From sequence record NC_007023.1: a stretch of 64,000 nucleotides of DNA; one strand, 5' to 3'. The stretch's first letter is position 1. Each line of letters opens with the position of its first letter. Below the pieces are notes generated by a model, which was given only the letters and a program-made list of their open reading frames with translations, did not search any database and was not told the origin of the DNA. Positions 55,561 through 64,000 of this stretch are shown piece after piece. The position numbers and the translations under genes were made by a program. The stretch comes from Escherichia phage RB43.

Positions 55561-56910
55561 TTAAAAGTTATCTTCGACGAATGCAGCGAGTCGCCCACGA
55601 TATACGGTATCCAGGATCACATGACTTGAATGACCGTACTCTTTAAGTTTTTCAACCGCATACACAAAACCGTTGTTTACGGCAGTGTTGCGCGGGTTGT
55701 CAATCTGTTTAATGTTCCCGCATAGTATCAGAAGTGTGTTCTCACCGCAACGGGAAATGATGGATTTAATTTCGTGATTGCTCAAGTTTTGACATTCATC
55801 AACAATCAGAACGGAACCTTTACCCGGATCAGGATGCCCGATTGAGCGCCCACGGAAGTAATACAGGCTGGGGAACTGTACAACGCCTTTCTCTAACAGC
55901 CCTTCGACGTACTTATCAACTTCCGGTTGATCTTTAAACAGAATGTTCAGGCTTGTAATACATGGTTCAATAGACGGTCGTAATTTTTCTCCCAGTGTAC
56001 CAGGTAAGAACCCGATTTCGCCCGACAGTGGGCTATCCGATTTTACATACATCACATTAGCAAAATGACCAGCATTTACCAGGTGCATAGCACCAGCAAC
56101 CGCCAGCATTGTTTTACCGGAACCAGCCGCGCCCATAATGGTCACTGCATCAATGTTTTTATCCAGAATGGAATCAACGAAAGACGCTTGCAACGCATCG
56201 CGAGGTTGAATTGTTTTCATCAGCTTGCGTTTCATCAGGTGTTCGTGTTTCAACGGCAACACTTCAAGCTGAAACTCTCCAGCATCCACCACACGCCCGA
56301 CAACCTCACCATAGGACAGGATGTATTGGTTAGGGTAGAAATCTACCTTGTAGTCGGCAAACGACGCATAGCTAATCAACGCAATATCGCCATTGTACCC
56401 AACAACATCAACGATGTTCCAGAAGTCGGTCAGTTCAATATAACCGGAATACAGAACATCACTATCTTTCAGTGTGTCATCGCCCGTGTACTGTTCAACA
56501 GGACAACCCTTAGACATTGCGATCAACAACATATTGATATCGCGGGTTACTAAGGTCGCTTTCTCCTGCAAACAGGTAGCGATAATGCGAGCATCTTGCT
56601 TATCAAGCGGGAACTCTTCACCACCGACATAATCGACGATACGCAGAGTAACGCTATCGGGTAAAGCTGGGTTTGTTTGGCCCAACGAAACCCCAGTTTG
56701 GGTAATTGCTTCATACTTCTGTCCCAGGACAATTTTAGACAGAAGTCGGATCACTAAACGTGCTTCGCGGGAAGTGTGTTCCTTTGATTTCAGGTGATCC
56801 AGTTCTTCCATTGTTGCAGCGGTAATGATGATCTCAGTACCAGGGGCAACATAAGAATAGATTGAATATGGGTTCGAGATTAAAACGTTGGTATCTAGAA
56901 CATATTTCAT
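55561..56910 (-). CDS. PIN-PhoH fusion ATPase (PhoH2/YlaK-like)
   Basis: N-terminal PIN domain (MKYVLDTNVLISNP...) and C-terminal PhoH P-loop GAAGSGKT with DE box LIVDECQN; AGGAAAA RBS. Confidence 0.85.
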   Translation of the reverse strand: MKYVLDTNVLISNPYSIYSYVAPGTEIIITAATMEELDHLKSKEHTSREARLVIRLLSKIVLGQKYEAITQTGVSLGQTNPALPDSVTLRIVDYVGGEEFPLDKQDARIIATCLQEKATLVTRDINMLLIAMSKGCPVEQYTGDDTLKDSDVLYSGYIELTDFWNIVDVVGYNGDIALISYASFADYKVDFYPNQYILSYGEVVGRVVDAGEFQLEVLPLKHEHLMKRKLMKTIQPRDALQASFVDSILDKNIDAVTIMGAAGSGKTMLAVAGAMHLVNAGHFANVMYVKSDSPLSGEIGFLPGTLGEKLRPSIEPCITSLNILFKDQPEVDKYVEGLLEKGVVQFPSLYYFRGRSIGHPDPGKGSVLIVDECQNLSNHEIKSIISRCGENTLLILCGNIKQIDNPRNTAVNNGFVYAVEKLKEYGHSSHVILDTVYRGRLAAFVEDNF

Positions 56911-57029
56911 AGAAGTTTTCCTGTTAATTGCGAGGTACGCGGATTCGCACCCCGCGTACTGCAATTACATACCCAAACGGATAATGTGAATGTATGGGAA
57001 AGGATGCAGGTTACTATTTCTCATGCAGA

Positions 57030-57422
57030 TCATGAGTGTTTGAACCAGTTCCCAACGGTCATCAAATTTTGTATTACATTCATCAAAATCAGATTGATCG
57101 CCTGATGCTTGATACTTCTACCACGAAAGATTGTGGTTAAATCCTGTCTAGCAGACAGCAGCATCAGATTTTCACAGTCGGCTTCATATCGTTGGGCTTC
57201 ACCTACTGCAAGTTGCTTTGTCGGGGCAACATAGATGTTCAGTGTACCTTTCGACTGTCTGATAATTTCAAACGCCGCTTTCGTTTTACCAGATCGACGG
57301 CCCATATCAAGCGCCGTTTCAAACGCCGCAACGCCCGTTGTATCTGCTTGTCCTTCCATTACGCGCATCAGGTGCATATTGCGCGATTGCTTAACAGCAT
57401 CAACGTAAAATTTTGAAAACAT
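57030..57422 (-). CDS. small P-loop-containing protein (130 aa)
   Basis: Walker A-like GRRSGKT. Confidence 0.4.
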   Translation of the reverse strand: MFSKFYVDAVKQSRNMHLMRVMEGQADTTGVAAFETALDMGRRSGKTKAAFEIIRQSKGTLNIYVAPTKQLAVGEAQRYEADCENLMLLSARQDLTTIFRGRSIKHQAINLILMNVIQNLMTVGNWFKHS

Positions 57423-57431
57423 GGTGAGTCC

Positions 57432-57827
57432 TTATGCAAGTTCAATATGCGGTGCGTCGATGAATTTTGTTTCGATCGGAAGATTAGGATCATTCTTCCA
57501 GTTGATACCGAAACGCAGTTTCACACCGAGTTCATCACCAGCTTTTTTCATTGCATTCAGAACAGGCAACCACACTTTCGGGTTTTTCTGCCAACCTTCC
57601 GGCAGTTTGCTAGGATACAGATCCACAGCATCGCCTGTAATGTGTTTTGAATTCATGGTTTGTGACGCGCCAGTGCGAACGTATTCGCGTTGCTGTTCGA
57701 CGGTACGCAATCCTTCACGTACACCGAAATCTTCTGGGGATAGCTCCAGAGCGCGTTGTACAACCTTAACCAGTTCAGGTTTAACACCTTTCAGGTTATT
57801 GATACTTTTTTTGGCTAATTTAAACAT
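57432..57827 (-). CDS. Endolysin, peptidase M15 family (L-alanyl-D-glutamate peptidase-like)
   Basis: 131 aa; zinc-binding pattern SKHITGDAVDL ... DAPHIE typical of M15/VanY-like phage endolysins. Confidence 0.6.
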   Translation of the reverse strand: MFKLAKKSINNLKGVKPELVKVVQRALELSPEDFGVREGLRTVEQQREYVRTGASQTMNSKHITGDAVDLYPSKLPEGWQKNPKVWLPVLNAMKKAGDELGVKLRFGINWKNDPNLPIETKFIDAPHIELA

Positions 57828-57893
57828 ACATACCTCTTTATGAAAATACCCTATGGGTTACACAGGGTATTTACGGTTTAAGAGGCGCAACGA

Positions 57894-58316
57894 TTACATG
57901 TCGTACAGAGCATCTTCCGCACGACGAACGATCCATTCACGGTGCATTTTACGGCTAGTCTCTCTCAGTTCGGGAGGGAGTTGGTCGTTGTTGATTTGGT
58001 CAACATATTCCTGTGCATCTTTTTTACTCAGGAAAAGTGCGTGGAAGTTATAATTATTGCGCCCTATTACATTGTGGTCCATTAAAGACATATGTTGACG
58101 ACCTTCCCAATCATCATAAACGGTGATCGCGTCAACGAACAACCCTATACTCAAGTGCTGGAAAGGTAATCCAGTGATAATTTTTTTGGGACCCATTTCA
58201 GCTTTAACACCATTGATGCTAAAAACTTCATACAGGATAGCGCCAGGTTTGATGTCTTTAAGTTGAGCACGTTTTTCAAAAGCATTCATAATATATTCCT
58301 CACAATTAGTTTTCAT
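57894..58316 (-). CDS. hypothetical protein (about 130-140 aa)
   Basis: ORF. Confidence 0.45.
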   Translation of the reverse strand: MKTNCEEYIMNAFEKRAQLKDIKPGAILYEVFSINGVKAEMGPKKIITGLPFQHLSIGLFVDAITVYDDWEGRQHMSLMDHNVIGRNNYNFHALFLSKKDAQEYVDQINNDQLPPELRETSRKMHREWIVRRAEDALYDM

Positions 58317-58344
58317 ATACAGATTATCATAATCTGTTTTGGTG

Positions 58345-58665
58345 TCAACAAGGTTTATCGTTTTTTGATGGAAAAGTTAACTGGAACAGGCGATCATGTA
58401 GTGCGTCGATGCGTTCACATGCCTGTTTCAGTATGACTTTATCACCCGCGCTTGTTGTCTCAATGCAGCCTAATTCGTCTGCGTCGATCGCTATAACGTC
58501 ATCCATCAGGGAAGCAAAAACGTTAGCGTCAGGGTGTGTCAGTTCCTGTATCTCCGCTTGCATCCCGTCATGTTGGGATAACAGTTCAATGATATCTCTT
58601 TGCAGATCTCCCTGGTACGGGAAGCCTGTTTGAAGATGGTTAATGATTCTCTCTGCTTTGGTCAT
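58345..58665 (-). CDS. hypothetical acidic protein (106 aa)
   Basis: ORF. Confidence 0.45.
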   Translation of the reverse strand: MTKAERIINHLQTGFPYQGDLQRDIIELLSQHDGMQAEIQELTHPDANVFASLMDDVIAIDADELGCIETTSAGDKVILKQACERIDALHDRLFQLTFPSKNDKPC

Positions 58666-58702
58666 ATTTCACCTACAAAAAAGCCCCTTTCGGGGCTGGG
58701 AA

Positions 58703-58966
58703 TTAAAGGTCTTTACACTGACAAACACCGTATTTGCTGAAAGGCTTTTCACCGCTCAGGTAAGACCAGAAGTCGCAAGCCTGTTCAGCGGTTTCGAAGA
58801 TTGCAGCATCATAGAAGCCGTGTTCTTCGTTACCTTGTTCATTGAGGAACACAGGAAGCCAGCTTTGAGGTTTGTAGCAGTCAGTAACAACTACCCAACC
58901 TTCTTTCGCTTTCATCGCTTCTTTGTTCGCTTCAACCATTTCCAGCATTTCGTTCAGTAAGTTCAT
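58703..58966 (-). CDS. hypothetical protein (87 aa)
   Basis: ORF. Confidence 0.45.
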   Translation of the reverse strand: MNLLNEMLEMVEANKEAMKAKEGWVVVTDCYKPQSWLPVFLNEQGNEEHGFYDAAIFETAEQACDFWSYLSGEKPFSKYGVCQCKDL

Positions 58967-59040
58967 TTTTAATCCCCTTTGTTAATCCGTTTCGTTGTCT
59001 ACGAGAGAGATATTATCACAACGGGGATCTATGTCAACAC

Positions 59041-59310
59041 CTATTCGAAACGAATCGTGCTATTTTTGAAAAATAATCCAGAGCATACCGCACCAGCGAT
59101 CGGCTTACCGTTTACACCTGTTGCGGTGAATCCGGTTGCGTATGTATCCTTTTCAGAACAGGAAAACCAGCTATATCCTGTGAACTGAATATTCGAATAC
59201 CCTTGCGCTTCCAGGATACGTTGTGCTTCTCGTTCATCGGTACAGCCTGATTGCAATAAAACGAGAACCACAACCAGTAATACACATCCAATAACTTTAA
59301 ACATAATCAC
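59041..59310 (-). CDS. lipoprotein-like secreted protein (89 aa)
   Basis: Signal peptide with lipobox LLQSGC. Confidence 0.5.
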   Translation of the reverse strand: MIMFKVIGCVLLVVVLVLLQSGCTDEREAQRILEAQGYSNIQFTGYSWFSCSEKDTYATGFTATGVNGKPIAGAVCSGLFFKNSTIRFE

Positions 59311-59783
59311 ACTCTTTTTAAGTTGGTTTTACTTGCTTGAACCCAGCTAACACCTAACGGACCACCACGGAAACCGCTGATAGCACCGAGACATACAGTT
59401 GTATGGCTAAACGTGTTAGGTAAATCGACCTGGTTATCGGGAGAGATACCCAAATCGTGTACGCTTACATCAGTTGCATACAGATAACCACCAGACACAT
59501 ACAGGGAATTGATTGAACCGTAAGCATCGTTAGGCCATTTAAAACGGTATTTGTCGCCCCATAGTTCAACTTCATACACCTGATATTCATCGAACAGAGG
59601 ATCATTACCCTTTGTTGCTGTATAAAGAGCACTACGCCATTCATACAACTTTGCTTCAATGTCACTGACATTGATTTCTTTGCCAGCGCTTAAATCATCA
59701 AGCACCTGTTCAAGTTTGCGGATTGCCCCGCTTAATTCATGAGAAAGATTCATACAATACCCTCTTCTTCTAGCACTTCCCAA
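59307..59783 (-). CDS. hypothetical protein (about 150 aa)
   Basis: ORF. Confidence 0.45.
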   Translation of the reverse strand: MGSARRRGYCMNLSHELSGAIRKLEQVLDDLSAGKEINVSDIEAKLYEWRSALYTATKGNDPLFDEYQVYEVELWGDKYRFKWPNDAYGSINSLYVSGGYLYATDVSVHDLGISPDNQVDLPNTFSHTTVCLGAISGFRGGPLGVSWVQASKTNLKRV

Positions 59784-60109
59784 ATAAGTTTATCCATGTG
59801 CATTAGGTTCCACATAACAGAGTCATACGAACCCAGTGAGCGGGAGTAAATTACACCCCAGGAACGATACGCTTTTTGAAACTCTTCCGCGCTGTTTGTA
59901 TCGCACGGCATATCATCACCAGAAGCGATCAGAAGTTTCAGAACCATCAGACTATTGAGCAGTTTTGAACTTGCGTCCTGTTCTCTCAGTTTAGACCAAT
60001 ATCTTTCGATAATCGCTTTTGCTTTCGGTTCAGTAATACGTCCGTTGTTACAACGTTCACGATACGCATACATCAGTTCATCGAGTATTTCGGTCATAAC
60101 ACACCCCAT
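59750..60109 (-). CDS. hypothetical protein (119 aa)
   Basis: ORF. Confidence 0.45.
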   Translation of the reverse strand: MGCVMTEILDELMYAYRERCNNGRITEPKAKAIIERYWSKLREQDASSKLLNSLMVLKLLIASGDDMPCDTNSAEEFQKAYRSWGVIYSRSLGSYDSVMWNLMHMDKLIWEVLEEEGIV

Positions 60110-60432
60110 TTACTTTTGATTCTGCTGCATTCTTCCTCACACTCTTTTTCCGCAAGGATTTTGCGAACAACAGTATTTCTGATTTTCCAGAGATAATCAA
60201 TCATCTGCATATCTTCGGGAGTGTGATAACCTTTCATATCACATTCAAATACGATAGCATCGCGTTCTGACATTGCCATTATCGCGGTAGCAGAACAAAT
60301 GGTCATCCCACTATATTTTTCAATCAACGATTCCAGTGTACGCTTTTCTGCCGGAAGGTCAATAGTTATCGGAACAGGACGGATTCTTGTAGTTGAATCG
60401 TCAAAGGATTGATAAATCATATCATCCACCAT
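60094..60432 (-). CDS. hypothetical protein (112 aa)
   Basis: ORF. Confidence 0.45.
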   Translation of the reverse strand: MVDDMIYQSFDDSTTRIRPVPITIDLPAEKRTLESLIEKYSGMTICSATAIMAMSERDAIVFECDMKGYHTPEDMQMIDYLWKIRNTVVRKILAEKECEEECSRIKSKWGVL

Positions 60433-60715
60433 ATTTGAGAGTATTCATATAACCGATGATGTATTCAACAACAGCATCGCGTTCTTCTTCACATTCATAT
60501 CCACCCCACGTTACCGACTGATTATGTGCTAAATGAAACGTAATCGCAGGTTTCCATGTTTTGTTAATACAAGGAATTTTAGCGTCGGTCTGAATCCATA
60601 AAACGTGCTCTACGTTAACAGGATAGTTAACACATTCCACCTCTGCGTTACTATTGTATACAAAATGGTCTGCGTATAAACGTTTATACGATTTAATTTC
60701 TGACACAATAATCAT
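60422..60715 (-). CDS. hypothetical protein (97 aa)
   Basis: ORF. Confidence 0.45.
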   Translation of the reverse strand: MIIVSEIKSYKRLYADHFVYNSNAEVECVNYPVNVEHVLWIQTDAKIPCINKTWKPAITFHLAHNQSVTWGGYECEEERDAVVEYIIGYMNTLKYGG

Positions 60716-60835
60716 TTTAACTCCACTGCATAAACATCGGTTTCAGGGGCTTTGTGTACGCGCATATCTTTACCACATACCGCATAAGCCGGACAGTTGC
60801 GACAACCGTTATGATCCGTGTTGCCTGTCAGTTCT

Positions 60836-61870
60836 TTACGGAACTGTTTTGTTCGCGGGTGTTCCCAGATATCTTTGATAAAAATCATCTGCTTCCAGAA
60901 CGTTCAAACCTTCGCCCCAGCCACCTTCAACCCAACGTTCGGTAAACGAGCAAGGGAAGAATTCGCCTTTTTCGTTGATGTAAGAGCTAAACATCGTCGC
61001 TTCGCAATCTTCCGCATACTGCTTGTATTGTTCGAAGTTCGGGTGTCCCTCCATCGCTTCAACGAAAGCGGGTGCTGAACAACTATCGAATCCAAATCCT
61101 ACACCAGAATCGAGGCAATATTCAACAAGTTTTTTGTATTGTTCGCGGGTGACGGTATCCCAGTTCTTACCGCGTCCCTTTTGTTTCAGACCCAGGAACA
61201 CGATCGCATTGACTTGTTTCAGGCGTGGATCGTTACGCACGGCATCAACAACGGTAAACGCATCATCATAGGTCTTTGAGCTAACCATGAAATGTAGGTT
61301 GATTTGCTGTTGTCCTGCTTCTGCCAGGTTCGCTACGGAATCGAAAGCAACATCGAAGCCAGCATGTTTATACACCGATACCGCAACAGCCCCAGCAACC
61401 GCCGCTAAACGCGCTGCAACGTCTTTTGATACATCAGCAATGGTAAGGTTCGGCACAATGCCTTTAGAACGCGCATAGGCCATCATATCAAACATATCAG
61501 GGTTTGTTTGTCCCTGTGCATCAGCACCGAGTGCGCATTGGGTTAACCAGGGCATTTTATCAATGATGGATTTGAAAGAAGCGAGATCCATATTGTAGCC
61601 GTTCGGGTTATTGGACTTGTAACAGAACCCACACAGCTTACCAGCAGGACCGTTGCATTTGGTAGTGACCTCAATATCGAGAATCTCAGGGAATGGGGCA
61701 TAAGTCGGATCGTTGTCAAAGGTTGTACCCCAACGAGCAAACTGACCAGTTTTAACGTTGAAATCGTAATTGTACCATTTGGATCTAGCGTGGCGCATAT
61801 CTCCAGCCTGGTAGATAAACAACGTAGGCGCTTTCATAACAGTATGTGCATTATTCATAATATTTCTCAA
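60836..61870 (-). CDS. Cys-rich candidate Fe-S / radical-SAM-like enzyme (344 aa)
   Basis: Cx8CxxC cluster in IEVTTKCNGPAGKLCGFCY plus C-terminal Cys cluster (GFDSCSAP...DCEATMF...FFPCSF); assignment tentative. Confidence 0.4.
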   Translation of the reverse strand: MRNIMNNAHTVMKAPTLFIYQAGDMRHARSKWYNYDFNVKTGQFARWGTTFDNDPTYAPFPEILDIEVTTKCNGPAGKLCGFCYKSNNPNGYNMDLASFKSIIDKMPWLTQCALGADAQGQTNPDMFDMMAYARSKGIVPNLTIADVSKDVAARLAAVAGAVAVSVYKHAGFDVAFDSVANLAEAGQQQINLHFMVSSKTYDDAFTVVDAVRNDPRLKQVNAIVFLGLKQKGRGKNWDTVTREQYKKLVEYCLDSGVGFGFDSCSAPAFVEAMEGHPNFEQYKQYAEDCEATMFSSYINEKGEFFPCSFTERWVEGGWGEGLNVLEADDFYQRYLGTPANKTVP

Positions 61871-62314
61871 AATTGAATGTGTGAACGGAATACAGCACGA
61901 GCGGTTACTTCATTATCAAACGGCATTGAAGTACCGGATTTTTCGTTTTCCACGTTAACGCGCCAGAAAGAAGAAATGTCGTTACCTTCAACATACTGAA
62001 ACAGCGTTACAGTTTTGTTTGGTAATTCGCGTTTGTCGATTTCATACTTTTTCATTTTTGCCACCAAAGCGGGATTGACGTTCTGCCATGAGTTCACGGC
62101 GATAATGTTTAACGTAAACCCCGTTGAGTTTACGCAGTTGTCCGAATACTTTGTTAAACAGGGCTTTCTTCGCCTTGTATTCGTCGGTCATGCGGATAGA
62201 CTCGATGGTCATCCCCATTTCATTTTTCGGATATGCTCTAAGTTCACTTCCTATATCAGAGCACCAGGATTCAAGATAGTCACGCTGGGTTTTGTATTGT
62301 TCAAACGTTAACAT
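61867..62314 (-). CDS. hypothetical protein, apparently split at an A5 run (sense) near 62060 (about 145 aa if fused)
   Basis: Two overlapping protein-like frames joined by removing one A from GAAAAAG. Confidence 0.35.
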
Positions 62315-62545
62315 AGTTCACCTCTCCGTTTCTGTATGGGTGTAAGATAACATCATCAAACACCCAGCGCAAGCATTATTTGTTGTATTCAAGGAAGAAT
62401 TTAATTGCTTCTTCCGGTGTCATATCATCGGAGAACAAACCAAAGAAAGTACGATGATGATCATTATAGGAAATGTTCAGAGGTTGCAATAAATCCCGAA
62501 CCTGTTCAGCCCATTGGCGATATTTTTTACTAAATGGTTGATTTC

Positions 62546-62746
62546 TCATTCTTCCTCTCCTTCCTGTGCGAAGTATTCACACACCGCATCTTCGGGGGTA
62601 CAACCATCAGAGTAAAGGGCATACATGAAATCTTCATCATATGCAGAACTACCCAGCATGTTTTCAACAGAGCGTTTCCATTTGTTGTAATTCTTTTCGC
62701 CCTGGGTTACTTCGTTTTCTGCTTTACACATTTCATACATGTTCAT
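62546..62746 (-). CDS. hypothetical acidic protein (66 aa)
   Basis: ORF. Confidence 0.4.
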   Translation of the reverse strand: MNMYEMCKAENEVTQGEKNYNKWKRSVENMLGSSAYDEDFMYALYSDGCTPEDAVCEYFAQEGEEE

Positions 62747-63060
62747 AAAAATCTCCCAAAATCTTTTGCTACATCTTTCGGATCGGCTTCCAGTTCGTAC
62801 AGTTCACGGGCTAAGGAACTGGGTTTTATATCACGCCCTAAATGGGTGCTAACGTTACGTAACCACTGAATATAGGGATCGAACTTGCTCATAACACCAC
62901 CGCATTACCAGACTTTATTGAACGCTCCAGGGATTCAGCAGTGACAGTAAATTCAGGGAACCACACACCGAGATTACTTGACCACCACCAGACATTACCA
63001 CCATCAGTTTTAAATTCAAGATTCAGGTAGTTACTGAAAATGCGTTTCATATTATTCCCC

Positions 63061-63339
63061 TTATGCCATTTTCTTAGCGAGTTTCCAGGCGGCTTTGAAC
63101 GCCGGAACATCGTCAATTTCAATCCAGAAACCAGAACCGAAACCATCATTGTAGCAAGGGCAACCGTCGCAGTAGTTTTCCCAGGTCATCACTTCGCCAC
63201 CAACAGAAGCACCAGTTTCCATCGCACGTAACGCATCTTCAACTTTTTCCAGTTTTTCCGCGTTGTCGTCATAAATGATGAAGTACCATTTGCCGTTGTA
63301 TTCGTTACCCAGTTTGATTGCTTCGCGAACAAGTTTCAT
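63061..63339 (-). CDS. hypothetical Cys-containing protein (about 92 aa)
   Basis: ATG(rc) 63339 with AAAGGAA RBS downstream of conserved promoter. Confidence 0.5.
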   Translation of the reverse strand: MKLVREAIKLGNEYNGKWYFIIYDDNAEKLEKVEDALRAMETGASVGGEVMTWENYCDGCPCYNDGFGSGFWIEIDDVPAFKAAWKLAKKMA

Positions 63340-63376
63340 GATGATTTCCTTTTGTCTGTTTCGTTTCGATGTGTGT

Positions 63377-63405
63377 AATATAACAAAACCCCTCACCATA
63401 GGCAA
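63377..63405 (-). promoter_or_regulatory. Conserved promoter cassette (TTGCCT-N17-TATATT)
   Basis: Minus-strand CCCCTTGCCTATGGTGAGGGGTTTTGTTATATT then leader CACACATCGAAACGAAACAGACAAAAGGAA. Confidence 0.55.
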
Positions 63406-63430
63406 GGGGTTTCTTTAACAAAAAGTGCTA

Positions 63431-63961
63431 TTACCATCCGTTAGGGTTGCGGAAATGTGTCTGCCAGTAACGCAGTTGTTCGCGGCTCATTTGCTGGGTG
63501 TCAATTACCATGCTATGAATCATTTCTAACATAACACGGGTTTGTGCGACATCCTCCAGGCTCGCTATACGCTGTTTTAAGGCTTCGTTCTCTTTCTCCA
63601 ACTCAACCATACGGTCGTATGCTTTGATGCGCTCCAGTGGCATATCAGGGCGCTCTTTGAGGACACGGGCGCGGGACACTTCACATTCATGATTCGCTTT
63701 CCAGTGTTCAGCCTCTTTGACGGCTTTTTGTTCGTTATGACGTGACATAGAAAGGTCACTAACCAGATCCATAACAGTTTGCGGATCTACGGTTTCAAGG
63801 TAATTCCCCAGATCCGTTTCCCATCCTTTAACCTGTGTCGGACTATCACCATAAGGAACTACATACTGAAATACACGTTTATATTCTTTCCCACTGAATC
63901 CGTAATCTTGATTACCGCGAATAGAACCATTATCAGCAGCAGTCCATTTAGAACCCATCAT
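63431..63961 (-). CDS. hypothetical protein with C-terminal coiled coil (176 aa)
   Basis: ORF. Confidence 0.5.
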   Translation of the reverse strand: MMGSKWTAADNGSIRGNQDYGFSGKEYKRVFQYVVPYGDSPTQVKGWETDLGNYLETVDPQTVMDLVSDLSMSRHNEQKAVKEAEHWKANHECEVSRARVLKERPDMPLERIKAYDRMVELEKENEALKQRIASLEDVAQTRVMLEMIHSMVIDTQQMSREQLRYWQTHFRNPNGW

Positions 63962-64000
63962 GTAAGAGACTTTACGCGCCGCCTCAGCAATAGCGCCAAT

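Noticed and set aside
16310-62314. Programmed ribosomal frameshifting as the explanation for the split genes
   Set aside because: Sites lack canonical slippery heptamers and downstream structures, occur at ordinary short A/T runs on both strands, and affect an essential structural gene (gp29); sequencing indels are more parsimonious, though this needs read-level confirmation
1-64000. CRISPR array or other long direct-repeat arrays
   Set aside because: No regularly spaced repeat-spacer structure anywhere; the only tandem repeat is the two-copy 29-bp duplication at 20488-20545
1-64000. Integrase, transposase or insertion-sequence signatures (prophage or IS)
   Set aside because: No recombinase or transposase-like ORFs or terminal inverted repeats; the only mobile elements seen are the two homing-endonuclease genes

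Overview
This window is a segment of a T4-like (Straboviridae/Tevenvirinae-type) myovirus genome with a gene order that differs from T4. Calls rest on reading the six-frame translations against remembered T4 and host protein sequences; no database search was run. From 1 to about 34.3 kb the genes run mostly on the + strand: a partial rnh (minus), then gp55, gp47 and gp46, the nucleotide-metabolism block (frd, td, nrdA, nrdB, denA, rnlA, pseT, cd), gp31, rIII, one tRNA, DNA ligase gp30, and a baseplate-hub block (gp27 on minus; gp28, 29, 48, 54, 51, 26, 25 on plus). From about 34.3 kb to the end is a roughly 30 kb minus-strand accessory block of mostly small unknown ORFs. Embedded in it are the genes I consider most worth follow-up: a 739-aa vWA/MIDAS protein flanked by two paralogous acidic proteins, a TARG1-like macrodomain, an NMNAT-Nudix enzyme, an orphan C5-cytosine methyltransferase, a Pol-beta-type nucleotidyltransferase, a Cys-rich candidate Fe-S enzyme, PIN-PhoH, an SPFH protein, tk, an SLT transglycosylase and an M15 endolysin. 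A second accessory island between rIII and gp30 carries a host-like GrcA glycyl-radical cofactor, a NADAR-domain protein and an HNH-AP2 homing endonuclease. Two non-coding signals stand out: a family of at least seven near-identical promoter cassettes (TTGCRT, 17-nt spacer containing a GGGG(C)TTTT hairpin half, TATATT-like -10), and a palindromic element in the rnh/gp55 divergent region. Caveat: at least ten ORFs appear broken by single-nucleotide indels, mostly at short A/T runs, so the assembly probably contains homopolymer errors and many small-ORF boundaries are provisional. I cannot point to one single system with confidence; the vWA locus and the two ADP-ribose-removing enzymes (macrodomain, NADAR) are my leading candidates.
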